DNA from: Hormiphora californensis
Lineage: Eukaryota > Animalia > Ctenophora
DNA length: 64,000 nt
Reading direction: 5' to 3'
NCBI GenBank assembly: GCA_020137815.1
Contig: CM035351.1
Location: 2,108,001-2,172,000, forward strand
The position numbers and the translations under genes were made by a program. Below the pieces are notes generated by a model. It saw only the letters and a list, made by a program, of their open reading frames with translations. It was not told the DNA's origin and made no database searches. Positions 27,335 through 39,636 of the stretch are shown here, piece by piece (within the stretch, counting starts at the first letter, position 1; every line of letters begins with the position of its first letter).

Positions 27335-28840
27335 TCTCGCTCTCTCTATCTTTTTCTCCCCACTCTCGATAATTCATCAATTTTTCTTCCTGCACAGGAT
27401 CTCGATCAGTTTGCTTATGACTCAAATGATACTACTTACTTGATACTTGGAACGGTCTCCTCAATCATTCGAGTGGCCGGCTTCCGGTATCCTCACTCTT
27501 AGCGTCGTAAGCTGTCGCCATTCGTTACGGTTCATTGCAGTCGTAGTAATTGTACGGATAGACTGGGATTTTCCTGTAGCGTCTCGATAGTCATTTAACA
27601 CACAGGAGGACCAAGTTTTTCGTGGTCTTCCTCTGGATCGTTTTCCATGACTAGGCACCCAATGATAAAGTCTGTTGGGAACCCTATCCTCAGGCATTCT
27701 AATCATGTGCCCAAACCATCGGAGTCTTCCATTGCCAATGAACGCAGATAATGGTTCTATCCCAGCTCTCTCCAATACCTCCCTGTTAGACACCCGCTTA
27801 TACCATTGTATTCTCAGGATTCTCCGCAGGCACCGTTGGTGGAATGCCTCCACGCGGCGATCTTGCACCTGGGTTGTTGTCCAGGCCTCACAACCATAGA
27901 GAAGCACCGTCAGAACAGCAGCTCTGTATATCCTGATCTTGGTACAGGTCCTGATGTTACGGTTGTACCAGATCCGACAAAGCATACTGAATGCACTGTA
28001 GGCTTTCCCTATCCTGATACCCAGCTCCTTGTCGATGGTACCATCAGAGGACAAAGCCGATCCGAGATAGGTAAAACTGGAAACCTGCTCAACCGGATTA
28101 CCCTCCACAGAAATGCTGACCGTATCCGCCTCGGAAAATGGGCGCTGGCTAAGACCCTTTGAAAAAGCTACAACTTTGGTCTTCTTCGCGTTAATCTTCA
28201 AGCCAGCATACCCTGCGTATTTTACCAGCAAATCTGTAGACTCCTGGAGACCTTCCTCAGTATCATCCATAACAGCCATGTCATCAGCATAGTCGAGGTC
28301 CATGATCCATTCCCCACCCTCATCACTCTCAGCGCCGTGAAGAGTGAGACCCCTGGAGACAGTCTTGTTGGACTCAGCAAGCTGAGCCGCCCAGTTAATC
28401 ACGATGTTAAAGACTGGAGGACCCTGGATGTCGCCTTGACCAGTACCACTGAGAACACTGAACCAGCTGGAGAGCTCCCCACCATGTCTCACTGCACTCA
28501 TAGTACCGTCAAAGAATGCTCGAATTATCCGGACATACTTCTCTGGAAGACCGTAATGGCGAAATGCGGCCCAGACGAAATCCCTGTTTATACAATCGAA
28601 AGCGGATTTGAAATCAATAAAGTTTATATACAACGGTAAATTATAATCGATACACTGGTGGATGATGGTACGGAGGGAATAAATCTGATCCACACAAGAC
28701 CGGTTACGTCTGAATCCACACTGATTCTCTCGAAGTGCCAATTCAAGACCATTCAAATGATAGGGGGAGTAGTTTTCCTTCATAGGAGTTTTTTTCGTGT
28801 CTTCTCCGTCTTAGGAGTTGTAGTTTGTGTAAATGTGTAA

Positions 28841-28880
<40 letters not shown>

Positions 28881-31687
28881 CACTGCGCTGGCAAGCGCAA
28901 AGGTTGCCATTTCCCCTCCCCCAAACAGCAAAGCGCCGCCAGAAACGCAGTTATACGTTTTATGGGTGTTTTGACTGAAAACCCAGATTTCAGAAAGCTA
29001 TAGCATGGCTCCCATTCATCCGTTTGACTTGAAATTTGGAATGTATACCCGGCTCGGGGTCATTAACTTAAGTTCAAAATTTCAAGTCTCTATCTCATCT
29101 GGAACTGAAGTTACAGACTGGTCCCATTTGCCCTAGATTCAGTGTAACACATATGCGCGCGCGCGTAGGAGAGACGCTTTTTATAAACCATATTCACGCC
29201 AAACAAAAAGAGATAGAAACTTCTCGTTTTCACAGCTGGTAGATCTACTGGATGTGTGTGCATTAGTCGAGGTGGCGTCCCTTTTCATTGCCAGCAACGT
29301 CCTACAGAACGTCTTAAAGTCGTCATTTTTCAGACTCTGACCAAAATTCTTTGAGCTCAATTTACAGCCTGAAGACGGATTCTAATCGAAAAACGAAGAC
29401 TATATCATGGAAAGAGAATTGTCTGAACTTTCAGAAACTATATTGCAAATTTTCAAAACTCGACATATAAGGGTCTTAAAACACGTCTAAAGTGATATGA
29501 CTGTTTAAAAATAGATATGACGATATGGGTTTTTTTGCCATAGCGGACTCAAATCTTATCCAATCGATCTCAAACTTGGTCAGTATCTTCATCTAGGTAA
29601 TTCCGATGATATGACGTCAAAATTTTGACGTCGTGACGTCATTTTATGACGTCAAAAATGAAAAAATTCAACTTAGCGATTCCATCCTCTCCGTACTTGT
29701 TCTACAGGGTGTCCCACTGTCTTTGCGTGACCTGTGATTTTGGGTGATGAGTGGGTTCCATTCAAACTCTCATAACTCATCGAAAATAGGTCAAAACGAC
29801 TCAACCAAAAACAGTGTTGTAGAGAATTGTCAGGCAAACATTTGGGTACAAGATTGATGTTCCAAGTCTTACCAATCGTCAGATATATCGTCTTAAAGTC
29901 AAAAATACGTGTTCATGAAATCCGACCGGGGTTCACGTTTTGAAAAATTCACAAATGCAAAGTTGCTCGGATCACATTGCATCCCTCATAAGAGTTGTAG
30001 GAAATTATCTGGCGGTCATTTTGGTACCCGGGTTTTTGTCCTAGCTCAATGTTTAGAGTGTCTTATGACTGTCAGAACTGGAATTTTCACAAAAGTGGTC
30101 TCAGGTATCGCATTGCATTTTGCCCTGTTATGAAGCTCATATCTGCTTTAATAACATCGTAGTGTATGATAGGGTTGAGATAGACCACTTGCGTATCCTA
30201 CACATTAACAGGGGCCTTGCCAAATCGTCATAACAACCCTGTCAAGTGTCTAGATGAAATTGAGACGATATGTGCTGATTATCATGGGATTACACATGAC
30301 ACCGAGCCACCTAATTAGGGGTTGTGAGCCGATACCAACTAAGACTCAGCAGAGAAAAATATTTATGTTCATACAGTCATAACGCAACTCAAACTGGAAA
30401 AAATCATGGTATCAAAATGAACCTTAGACGATTCCAATGAAGCTCTTATAAATTTCAAACCATTTTACCCATTTGTTGAGGGGGGGTAATCATGGTGACA
30501 AATGGTGACAAATGGTGACATATGGTGACAAATGGTGATGGTGACATGACCAAAATTTGGAGATGAGTCACCATTTGTCACCATTCTCTCTGGAGCTTCC
30601 TACAGGCATAATATGATGTTATGGGACATAATATGATGTTATGGGACACTGGGGGACACTTCTACCAAGTTTCAAGTCGATTGGATGTAATTAAGGGGTC
30701 ACAGGTGGTTAATTGTGCTTTTATGTGTTGTGCGATGGAGATACACCCTCAACGTGACTTTCGGGAAGTTTTAGCGGTTCAAAACACTACTAGCCGATCC
30801 GGAATGGCCATGTTAACAACTTATGAACAAATATATCGGTCTAAAGAAATTAAAAATTTTTATCAAATTTCTTTAAAAATTTTAAAGAAATTCTGCCGAA
30901 ATCCGCATATTTCGTCGAAAAATGGAGACAAATGGAGACAAATGGTAACAAATGGAGATAAATGGTGACAAATGGTGACAAATGGTGATGGTGACATACC
31001 CTAAATAGTCAGATGAGTCACCATTTGTCACCAATTGTCACCATTTGTCACCATGATAACCCCCCCCCCCCCTTTGTTGATGACACGTGATCCCCTCAAA
31101 AATGTTGGTTGAATTACGTCTTTAGACAGTCATAAGACACTCTAAACATTGAGCTAGGACAAAAACCCGGGTACCAAAATGACCGCCAGACAATTTCCTA
31201 CAACTCTTATGAGGGATGCAATGTGATCCGAGCAACTTTGCATTTGTGAATTTTTCAAAACGTGAATCCCGGTCGGATTTCATGAACACGTATTTTTGAC
31301 TTTAAGACGATATATCTGACGATTGGTAAAATTTGGAACATCAATCTTGTACCCAAATGTTTGCCTGACAATTCTCTACAACACTAGTTTTGGTTGAGCC
31401 GTTTTGACCTATTTTTCGATGAGTTATGAGCATTTGAATGGAACCCACTCATCACCCAAATCACAGGTCACGCAAAGACAGTGGGACACCCTGTACTACA
31501 TCTAAATGGATGAAAAATCCCAAAAATGATGCAAATTATACCAAAACTAATTGAAATTAGTAGGCCGGAAAGGTTGCCCTATGATTTGAGCTACCTTTGG
31601 CACCAGTACATTTCCTTTTGAAGATAGACGAAGCATCTGTTATACCCTGTATAACCTTTCCGGCCTACTAATTTCAATTAGTTTTGG

Positions 31688-31734
<47 letters not shown>

Positions 31735-31773
31735 AATTAAAAACAACAGCAGTTTTTAAGGTCTATACACATG

Positions 31774-31817
<44 letters not shown>

Positions 31818-34800
31818 TAATATGATATCTTATACATATAAATATACACATGCATACATTATACAATATTGTAATTTCATAATATAATGTATTATTTATG
31901 ACTTATTCATCAGTAGTGTTACAGCTAATGTATGTTCCACAAAACATCGGAATCAGATTTCTCAATCTTCCTGGACTAAATGACCTCACTCTGCTTGCTG
32001 CAGAAGGTAGAGTCGTCCTGGCAAACTCCTACGTTCTAGCGGCCAACAGTCCTGTTATCAAAGAAAAGTTAACAAGAAATGGCCGCGGGAAGGAGAGATA
32101 TACTGGCGAGTCATCAGGGGAAACATCCCAGAAGGAGGATGATAAAGGTCTGGAAGCCGATTTAAATGGTGTGCCGACTGAGGGAAACAGCATTGCTGAG
32201 CAGACTGTAGGAACAATGGAGATTGACCTGTCTGAGTTTTCTGAAGACACAGTGTGGAAGTTTGTTTTGTGCTGTTATGCTGGAATTCGTTTGTACAAGG
32301 GGGAAGATACAACTGAAGTTGATAAACTGGCTGACTTCCTTGAGGTCAAATGGTACAAAAAGGGGTGGATAGAGAGACTCAGCGAGTTTTTTAGCATAGA
32401 ATGGAATTTACAAACAAGTATGGTTCCCCAAAATTTCGGCGATGAAAACCTTGAAGTTGCTTGTCTCCTAGACATTAAATTTGAGACTCTGGGTGGAAGA
32501 ATGGTCGAAGCCAGTTCTTTTGTTATGGCCTGCAACAGTCCTATCATCCTAGAATTAGTGGGCAAGAAGAAAATGAACGAAGTTGATTTACAGGAATTCT
32601 CAGATGGTGCAGTAAACTGTTTTGTTTATGCGTGCTACACTGGTTCGGTTACACAATTCCTCACTGAGGAATACTTTCGAGAGATCAACAAGTTGAGTAT
32701 AGCCCTGAAAGTTAAATGGATCCGGTCAGAATGCCTTACGTTCTACTGCAAGCTTTGTGCAAACTTGACAAACTCTCTCGAAAATGCGCTATTCCTTTTT
32801 GAAGAAGCGGCATTTCTGATGAGAGAGGCAGGGAATCAAGGTAGGAAGTTTCAAAGGGCCCTTGATATTGGCCTAGATTGGAATCCTGATTTGCGATTGA
32901 AGATTGTTGAGAGTTTTATGGCCCGGAATCTTGCGAACGAATTTACCGCTAAAGCGGATCTTTGCATTCAACTGGCATATTCATCAGCAGCTATTGAAGT
33001 TATCTACAAACGTTTTGTTGATCTCCTTTCGGAAAAAACTCAGCCGTTCACTCTAAACGAATGTGAATCCAGATTCATAAACCACGATGCTCTAAACTAC
33101 TGCGAAATGTTTTATCCAGAGTTATACTATGAATTTATGAAAAAGTTGTATTCAGGATGGAGCATCGATGATCTAAGGATGGGATTTGGTATGCCAGGTA
33201 GAGGTCTGTCTGTTAATTATTTCAGATCAGAATCAGCCGACGAAATTGAAATCCGAGAGAAGATGGAGTGGGGAAAATCTCTAATCGTTCAGTTTCCAAT
33301 TGACTTTCAGTTTCATGTGTGGGAATTTGATATGATAAATAAGCTACAAGAGAGTCTGACTCGTCATCAGCTTTTGGAAGCCATGCATGAGGTTGACTCA
33401 ATTCTAGGATCAAACGAAGGTTTATTTCAACACATGCATGAATGGTTTACACTTGAATTCTTTGTAAGACTATTTTTATCCATTGCTGACGGCGTCAGGC
33501 CGCCTGACGCTGTGGATGAAAGACGAAGGATACCTCGTCCCGCTAATGAACCTCTTGCATTAAGAAATTGGAAAATTCTGGCGAATACACTTTTTGTAAT
33601 AACTTTTATGGTGTTGTTCTTTGAATATTTTATTTCATATCTTTGTGGCATAAATATTATAGATATTAAGATAAGATCATCACGTCCGTTTTACTATGCA
33701 TTGAAACTTTCTTTTCTTATTATATTTGTATTATATCCATTTCTCATCGCTTTCATCGATGTATACTGGACCAGTGAAAGGGTCTGGAGTAATCAAATTT
33801 TGAAAGGAATTGTTTGGCTGTTGAAAATGTATAATACAGCAAGAACAAAGAACAAGCCTAGCCGAGTTATTGTATCTGATGAGATAGAGGGAGATATCCG
33901 GCAATATTTTAATATCTGTTTGGATCTTCAGGGTGTTTGTAAGAAATCCCCAACCTCTTCTACCAATCGGTGCAGTATTGCAGTTAAAGTTTCTACTTGC
34001 TTTGCAGACGATTCGTTGAATGTTAAAATCCAGTTGTGTGATGATAGGAAATTTCTTAACGAGAAACAGAGAGAGACGTGTTTACATCAGGATCAGTCTA
34101 TTATAAAATCAATGTTTGTTCGGGTTGGTGGTCGGTCGATTACGGCCCGATTTCAGGGTCGTCGCTATAACGATATATACAATTACAGTGACAGTAACCC
34201 GGCCACCATAGAATATCCGGGAAGTGGGTCTGCGAAACTGATCCAACAGGGCCCACTGGAGCTATTCTGGCTTCCAATGATACCCAAATAAAAATGTGGC
34301 GGTTATATAATGTTATGTACTAAATGCTATAGTGTAGTTCCCTGTTTCATCATGAGTTCATTTTTGCATGCCACTGCAGCCGCAGTTTTTAGCATGATAC
34401 CTATGTTCTATAAGATATTTTCCTTCATAAGAGAGGATTTGTATTGAAGTTACTATACCTAAAAAACTAAGTCACCCACCATTATAAGTAAGATAATATA
34501 GAAATATATATGATATATCTGAGTTAGTAGAGGTTGGTGTTAGGTGTGGAGGTTGGTGTTAGGTGTGGAGGTTGCTGTTAGGTGTGGAGGTTGCTGTTAG
34601 GTGCGGTGGTCGGTGCTAAGTGTGGTGGTTGGTGTTAGGTGTGGTGCTCTGTGTTATATAGTCTTGACTCTAGGGTCTGTCTAATACTTACGGTCTTGTC
34701 CATAAACAGCAATTTCAGCGATGTTGTAAATTGTCGCAAGTTTTTCGAATCTGAATAAGTGTTAGAATGTTAGAAATGGTACAGGAAATATTTGGTCTAG

Positions 34801-37800
34801 GGAATGATCAATGATAAAGAGTAAAATACGTGTGTTACTTACTTTATATCTGTTATGTAAGTGCTCCCAATACTGTCTTCATTGCAAAACAAGGTGTAAG
34901 TTTGGGCTGCCACTGAGTTATAGGGTAACCTAGAGAAAGAAGCAGGCTAGGTATAGGTGTGTAATATTACTAAATAACACCAAAAAGTTGTCCGGCCGCC
35001 CAGGTACATTCTGGAAAATTATGCGAATCACATCATCCTTGTTTACCTTAGCTTGTCGAGTGTTCCACAAAGGCCAGTAGTTCCTGTACTATACCCAAGA
35101 ACAATCTGTAACAAAATACGAGATTATGAGATAAGTTACCATTTGAGCTTGCGGTTGAAATAAATCATTAAATCATCATAAAATAATCAGCTGTACAACA
35201 GTTTACACTGTGTCTATAATACCTTTGTATTATTAATCCTCTCTGAAACTGACGCATGTACTTCTTCAATCCTATTAACAATAACCACTTTCCGTACTAT
35301 TTTAGTTGGTCTTGCTAGGGTGACCGCCAGCCAGTGAGTAGTCGTTGTTCCTGATCGACCTGACATCCAGAAAGTATCCCAATGCCCGTCCAGGACTAGG
35401 TTTGGGTTACAACACTGTGACTTGTTGTGGGAGTTGGAGTTGTATTGGGAGTTGACTTGAAGAGAAGCTATACCGAGTGGCTCCCAAGCAGCTCCTCTCC
35501 GGGTCGCCAGGAGAAGGAGTAGGAATATCATAATTCTGACTAAAATTTAGGATAGAAATGTCAAAAAGTAGAAAGTTGACATCGTTCTAGAACTTAAGTA
35601 AAAAAAGCAAGTGTAGTAACTGGACATACGACAGAGGGACTAGTAGTAGAGGCAGGGATGTCACGACTAATGTCACGACTAATGTCACGAATAATGTCAT
35701 TCACTGTGGCGTGGCGTGGCTAGACAACTTGGGGTGTTTAGCTGCTGAGAGAGGGAAAGAGAGGATGAGCTATGAAATAACACTGCAACTGCTGCAGTAA
35801 ACCAGTAGGGAAAATGCCAGGTCCTACCATTTGGAGATGGTGGAGGCTGGTGGGGTAGTATATCTTGGATTCCAAGATACAGGTCCTACCAGTTTATTAA
35901 CATTGTGCTCCTCATTCATGTACAAGAGATTTGGATTCTATAAACAATCTCGACTCTCGAGTATGATTCACCGGACCAGTTTTTATTGTTGAAGTATAGA
36001 GGGTCACGCATGTAGGGGAAGGGGGGGGGGCAGGGTACGCCAAGGTCCCAGGACTTTTCAGGAAATGGCCCCGGTACTTTTCATGATTTGACAAAATCAA
36101 CGACTTTTTGGCCTAAAAACCGAAAAATTTTCTGGGGTCCCAATAAAAACCATGCCAGGAGACGAAATACCGGACACTGCACATGCCAGTTAAGTAGTAT
36201 AGTGATAAATAAGCTAGATAATAGATATATCTGAGTTAGAGAAGGTTAGTTAGGTGTGAGGAGTGGTGGTTGCCGGTTGGTGTTAGGTGTGGAGGTTGGT
36301 GTTAGGTGTGGTGGTTGGTGTTATATAGTCTTGACTCTAGGGTCTGTCTAATACTTACGGTCTTGTCCATAAACACCAACTTCAGCGATGTTTGTAATCG
36401 TCGTTAGTTTTTCGAATCTGAATGTTAGAATGTTAGTACAGGTACAGGAAATATGTGGTCTAGGGAATGGTAAAGGGTAAAATATGATTGTTACTTACTT
36501 TATAACTGTTATGTAAGTACTCCCAATGCTGTCTTCATTGCAAAACAAGGTGTAAGTTTGGGCTGCCACTGAGTTGTAGGGTAACCTAGAGGAAGTAGGT
36601 GTAATATTGCGAAATAACACAAAAGTTGTCCGGTAGCCCAGGTACATGCTGGAAAATTATGTATTGTATACCTAACGTATACCGTTCCACAAAGGCCAGT
36701 AGCTCCAGTACTATACCCAAGAACAATCTGTAACAAAAGAAGAGATAATGAAATTAAATACATACATCTGGGATAGCATTTAAAATTTGAGATAAATCAT
36801 CATAAAATAATAAGCTTTAACAGTTTACATTGTGTCTATAATAATACCTTTGTATTATTAATCCTCTCTGAAACTGACGCATGTACTTCTTCAATCCTAT
36901 TAACAATAACCACTTTCCGTACTATTTTAGTTGGTCTTGCTAGGGTGACCGCCAGCCAGTGAGTGGTCGTTGTTCCTGATCGACCTGACATCCAGAAAGT
37001 TTCCCAATGCCCGTCCAGGACAAAGTTTGGGTTGCAGCACTGTGACTTGTTGTGGGAGTTGGAGTTGTATTGGGAGTTGACTTGAAGAGAAGCTATACCG
37101 AGTGGCTCCCAAGCAGCTCCTCTCCAGATCGCCAGGAGAAGAAGTAGGAATATCATAATTCTAAAATTTAGGATAGAAATGTCAAAAAAGTAGAAATTGG
37201 TTGAAAAGTAGAAAGTTAATTGCGTTCCAAAAGTAAAGTAAAAAAGCAAGAGAAGTGTTGGACAAGCTGGGTGTTGGTGGCTTGCTTTAGGTTGGTGACG
37301 CGGCCACCCCTGCACTAGGATCTCATCACCAATGCTTTAGGTGCTCCTATAGAATTGAAACACTTAGTTTTACAAGCTGTGAATTGGGTTTAAAGAGGGT
37401 GGACATTTTGCAAGCCCGCTTTATGATGCAAATCTGAACTCAAAAGTTCCGAGCTGTAAAGAGTGCTAAACTTTTGGAAACAATAGCTGCTTCTAAGATT
37501 CTAAGAACAAGAAAGGGTTTTAATGAGGAGTGTAAAATGTGCAGACAGCTATCAATCACCAGAGACTGCAGAAATACTAACACGTGATAAACTTGTCAGT
37601 CACTGACTGTACATCACGCACGAGATTACAGTCAGGCCCCGATCCCTGCCTTATCTGTTATCACGCACAGAGATTACCACACGGTGTGTTTTACAGTTTT
37701 TCCACTCTTCAAAAACCTTTGTTTTATGGTTTCCGAAAGTGAGAGACTCGTAAAGAGAGAGAAGAGTTGGTGCGAGACAGCACTTGCCTTGCCTTCGGCC

Positions 37801-39464
37801 GGGAGGACGGTCACTCATCTGACCCAACAGACGTTTGCTAAGATAGTAGTAGAGGTAGGATGAAGGGATGTAGAAAAAGTAAGACTAATGACAATGATAT
37901 CATTGTGAAATGTGAAAGGCGTGGCTAGATAACGTGGTGTCTTTAGCTCTCTTTAGCTTAGAGGGAAAGAGAGGATGAGCTACAAGAACACTTCTGAAGT
38001 AAACCAGTAAAGAAAATGCCAGTTAACATTGTGCTTGCTCCTCATTCTTGTACAAGAGATTTGGATTCTATAAACAATCTCGTTCCACCGGACCAGTTTT
38101 TATTGTTGAAGTACCTACCTATAGAGAATACGAATAAGAACAATGCCGTCGAAAACACAGAGTACTGACAGAAACACCCGGTGAAGCTCGAAAAGATCCA
38201 AAATGAAAACCGTGGTACCTACTTTAACTTGATTTCCAAGTTCCGGTGTGCCGTGTGCTGCGGAAAGGCCAAAAGGCGATAAAATTACCGATAGCCATTG
38301 ACGTAGCGCGCGACGACAAATTACAACGCCAAGTGGAACGCTACGGCGATTTACTGTGCCAGAAAAACCCACGCTCTATCTCTGCGCTGGAAAGCGCAAC
38401 TGTGACAAATTCCTTGTCATGCAGATACAAATCATTTGACAACCCCATTTTCAGAGAGACAATGTGGTGATAAGAGAACAACTAAAATATGAGGTAGAAT
38501 ACTGTGTGAAACTTGGTTCAACCTGTGCCTCTCTACTGTGGTCTCTTACCAAATACGAGATACCCGAATCAACCCTTCACTCAGTAAGTTTCGCCAGCTT
38601 TTAAAGCTTTCTAATGCCCATAGCAACAATACGTTCCCGCAGGTGTGCTTGCAGGATTTCTTCCAAGTGGTACAGGACACCCTGAATAACTTCCAACGGG
38701 CAGGACCATCGTCCCGTCGACAGGAGCTCTTGCAACTGGTGGAAGCCCTCGCCGGCACACTGACAAGTACATAATCTCGAGTGGTGCTATTTCATTCACA
38801 TTTACCTTGACATGTTCCTTGTCTGTCAGCTCTCACACCGGGCCGAAGGCCCGGTGTGAGCTTACGCGAGCCGATAGACAGACTGCGTAGCATGGCAACA
38901 TTTACCCACTTAGTCTTACAATTATACCAGCAAAGGAATAGAAATGTACACGATTTTCTCTCCCCCAGACATCGCGGGGGACGAGACAGGACGCCACGCT
39001 CTCTCCAAAGTATCTATGATCCCGACCGTCCTATCTGCTGTCTATTCGGTGGACAACAGCCCATCCTTATTGAGGATCCTCCTGTCTCTACTTCATAATA
39101 TGTCTCTACACTCTACAGTCATGGTACTAGGAATATTTAGAGGGGGGGGGGGTCACAAGTTAGGTGATCTAGTATTTCCTAATTCATATGTTGTCCCAAA
39201 ACTACTATTTAGTGGTATATCTCTACTTTTCTAATCCAATCTTCTCAGGAGACCCTGACCTCAGATATAGACCTGCTAAAGCTCGAATCGGCGGTAATGA
39301 GGTGTGGCGATGCTCAGACTCTAATCGTTACCCTTCGTCTCCTGTCTTCCATACAACGGTCCCCATCACTCAACTTTGTGAGCATGTGCCAGGGCCATAA
39401 CTCGGCAAGGGTTAGGGACAGTGTTACCAAGTTTGGACATGATCTCAACAATAGGGAACAATAG
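25119..39464 (+). CDS. HSF2BP: HSF2BP/MEILB2 homolog (coiled coil + armadillo), with a ~12.8-kb intron
   Basis: Exons 25119-25187 (QLDKLQERVTQIKEWLPQ), ~25333-25387, ~25488-25608, 38455-38583 (EYCVKLGSTCASLLWSLT), ~38643-38766 (LVEALAGTLT), ~38969-39123 (NIAGDETGR...LLSLLHNMS), ~39249-39464 (TLRLLSS). Motifs match my recollection of HSF2BP; splice phases are consistent. Confidence 0.75.
26090..26235 (-). pseudogene. Degenerate last-exon relic of the F-type-lectin-like genes at 34.7-37.2 kb
   Basis: AGTCTTGACTCT..GGTCT..GTCTTGTCCATAA..TTCAGCGATGTT..TTAGAATG is shared with 34660-34770. Confidence 0.55.
26248..27064. mobile_element. Probable non-autonomous DNA transposon (PIF/Harbinger-like MITE)
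   Basis: Short terminal inverted GGTGTGCTA...TAGCACACC, internal ~20-bp repeats (AAAATGAACATTTTT); it interrupts the lectin relic. Confidence 0.45.
27233..27246 (+). promoter_or_regulatory. Second X-box within a diverged copy of the 16.0-kb promoter segment
   Basis: GTTACCATAGCAAC, preceded by GGATTCACGTTCAAGCTT as at ~15993. Confidence 0.6.
27432..28752 (-). mobile_element. 5'-truncated RTE-clade LINE (RT C-terminal part, frame open)
   Basis: QCGFR..RSCVDQI, FIDFKSAFD, QGD, YADD, LLYGCEAW, RLRWFGH, RSRGRPRKTW; short 3' UTR with CAAGTA-type tail; 10-bp TSD TCAAATGATA at 27422-27431 and 28753-28762. Confidence 0.93.
29705..31493. mobile_element. Tc1/mariner-type non-autonomous element with ~365-bp TIRs
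   Basis: TA|CAGGGTGTCCCACTGTCTTTGCG ... CGCAAAGACAGTGGGACACCCTG|TA. Confidence 0.9.
30480..31072. mobile_element. Nested MITE with G-run/C-run termini and 8-bp TSD
   Basis: TSD TTTGTTGA at 30472-30479 and 31073-31080; subterminal (ATGGTGACAA)n repeats. Confidence 0.85.
31535..31693. repeat. Foldback with perfect 41-bp arms
   Basis: 31535-31575 is the reverse complement of 31653-31693; followed by (TA)n. Confidence 0.88.
31928..34291 (+). CDS. Intronless tandem BTB/POZ-domain protein with two predicted transmembrane segments
   Basis: Two related repeats (VPQN.G...GR.V.A.S.V.A.NSP.I...DL.EFS..V..FV..CY.G); hydrophobic stretches near residues 570-625; acceptor TTACAG just before ATG 31928 (ORF track starts at 31898). 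Confidence 0.8.
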   Translation: MYVPQNIGIRFLNLPGLNDLTLLAAEGRVVLANSYVLAANSPVIKEKLTRNGRGKERYTGESSGETSQKEDDKGLEADLNGVPTEGNSIAEQTVGTMEIDLSEFSEDTVWKFVLCCYAGIRLYKGEDTTEVDKLADFLEVKWYKKGWIERLSEFFSIEWNLQTSMVPQNFGDENLEVACLLDIKFETLGGRMVEASSFVMACNSPIILELVGKKKMNEVDLQEFSDGAVNCFVYACYTGSVTQFLTEEYFREINKLSIALKVKWIRSECLTFYCKLCANLTNSLENALFLFEEAAFLMREAGNQGRKFQRALDIGLDWNPDLRLKIVESFMARNLANEFTAKADLCIQLAYSSAAIEVIYKRFVDLLSEKTQPFTLNECESRFINHDALNYCEMFYPELYYEFMKKLYSGWSIDDLRMGFGMPGRGLSVNYFRSESADEIEIREKMEWGKSLIVQFPIDFQFHVWEFDMINKLQESLTRHQLLEAMHEVDSILGSNEGLFQHMHEWFTLEFFVRLFLSIADGVRPPDAVDERRRIPRPANEPLALRNWKILANTLFVITFMVLFFEYFISYLCGINIIDIKIRSSRPFYYALKLSFLIIFVLYPFLIAFIDVYWTSERVWSNQILKGIVWLLKMYNTARTKNKPSRVIVSDEIEGDIRQYFNICLDLQGVCKKSPTSSTNRCSIAVKVSTCFADDSLNVKIQLCDDRKFLNEKQRETCLHQDQSIIKSMFVRVGGRSITARFQGRRYNDIYNYSDSNPATIEYPGSGSAKLIQQGPLELFWLPMIPK
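34681..35531 (-). CDS. Secreted F5/8-type C / F-type-lectin-fold protein, copy 1 (4 exons)
   Basis: Signal peptide, LDGHWDTFWMS, HWLAVTL, KVVIVNR...ERI, LCG, QTYTLFC and terminal NIAEIAVYG. Confidence 0.72.
36348..37156 (-). CDS. Secreted F5/8-type C / F-type-lectin-fold protein, copy 2 (tandem duplicate)
   Basis: Exon 1 is near-identical to copy 1; same exon structure, ending ITNIAEVGVYGQDRKY*; upstream sequence also duplicated (35640-36000 vs 37840-38110). Confidence 0.72.
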
Positions 39465-39636
39465 TGTTAAGTTGTAGTGGTATTTGTTTTTAAATGTTTG
39501 TACAATTTCATGTTTGTAAAATTTCGGTTTCCTAAATTCACTCCACCGACTTTTGCTAATATCCACCCAATTATATTTTACTCCTTCTCCCCAATTAGTT
39601 TAATGGCCCACCCCGCTACAAACAATACTTTATAAC

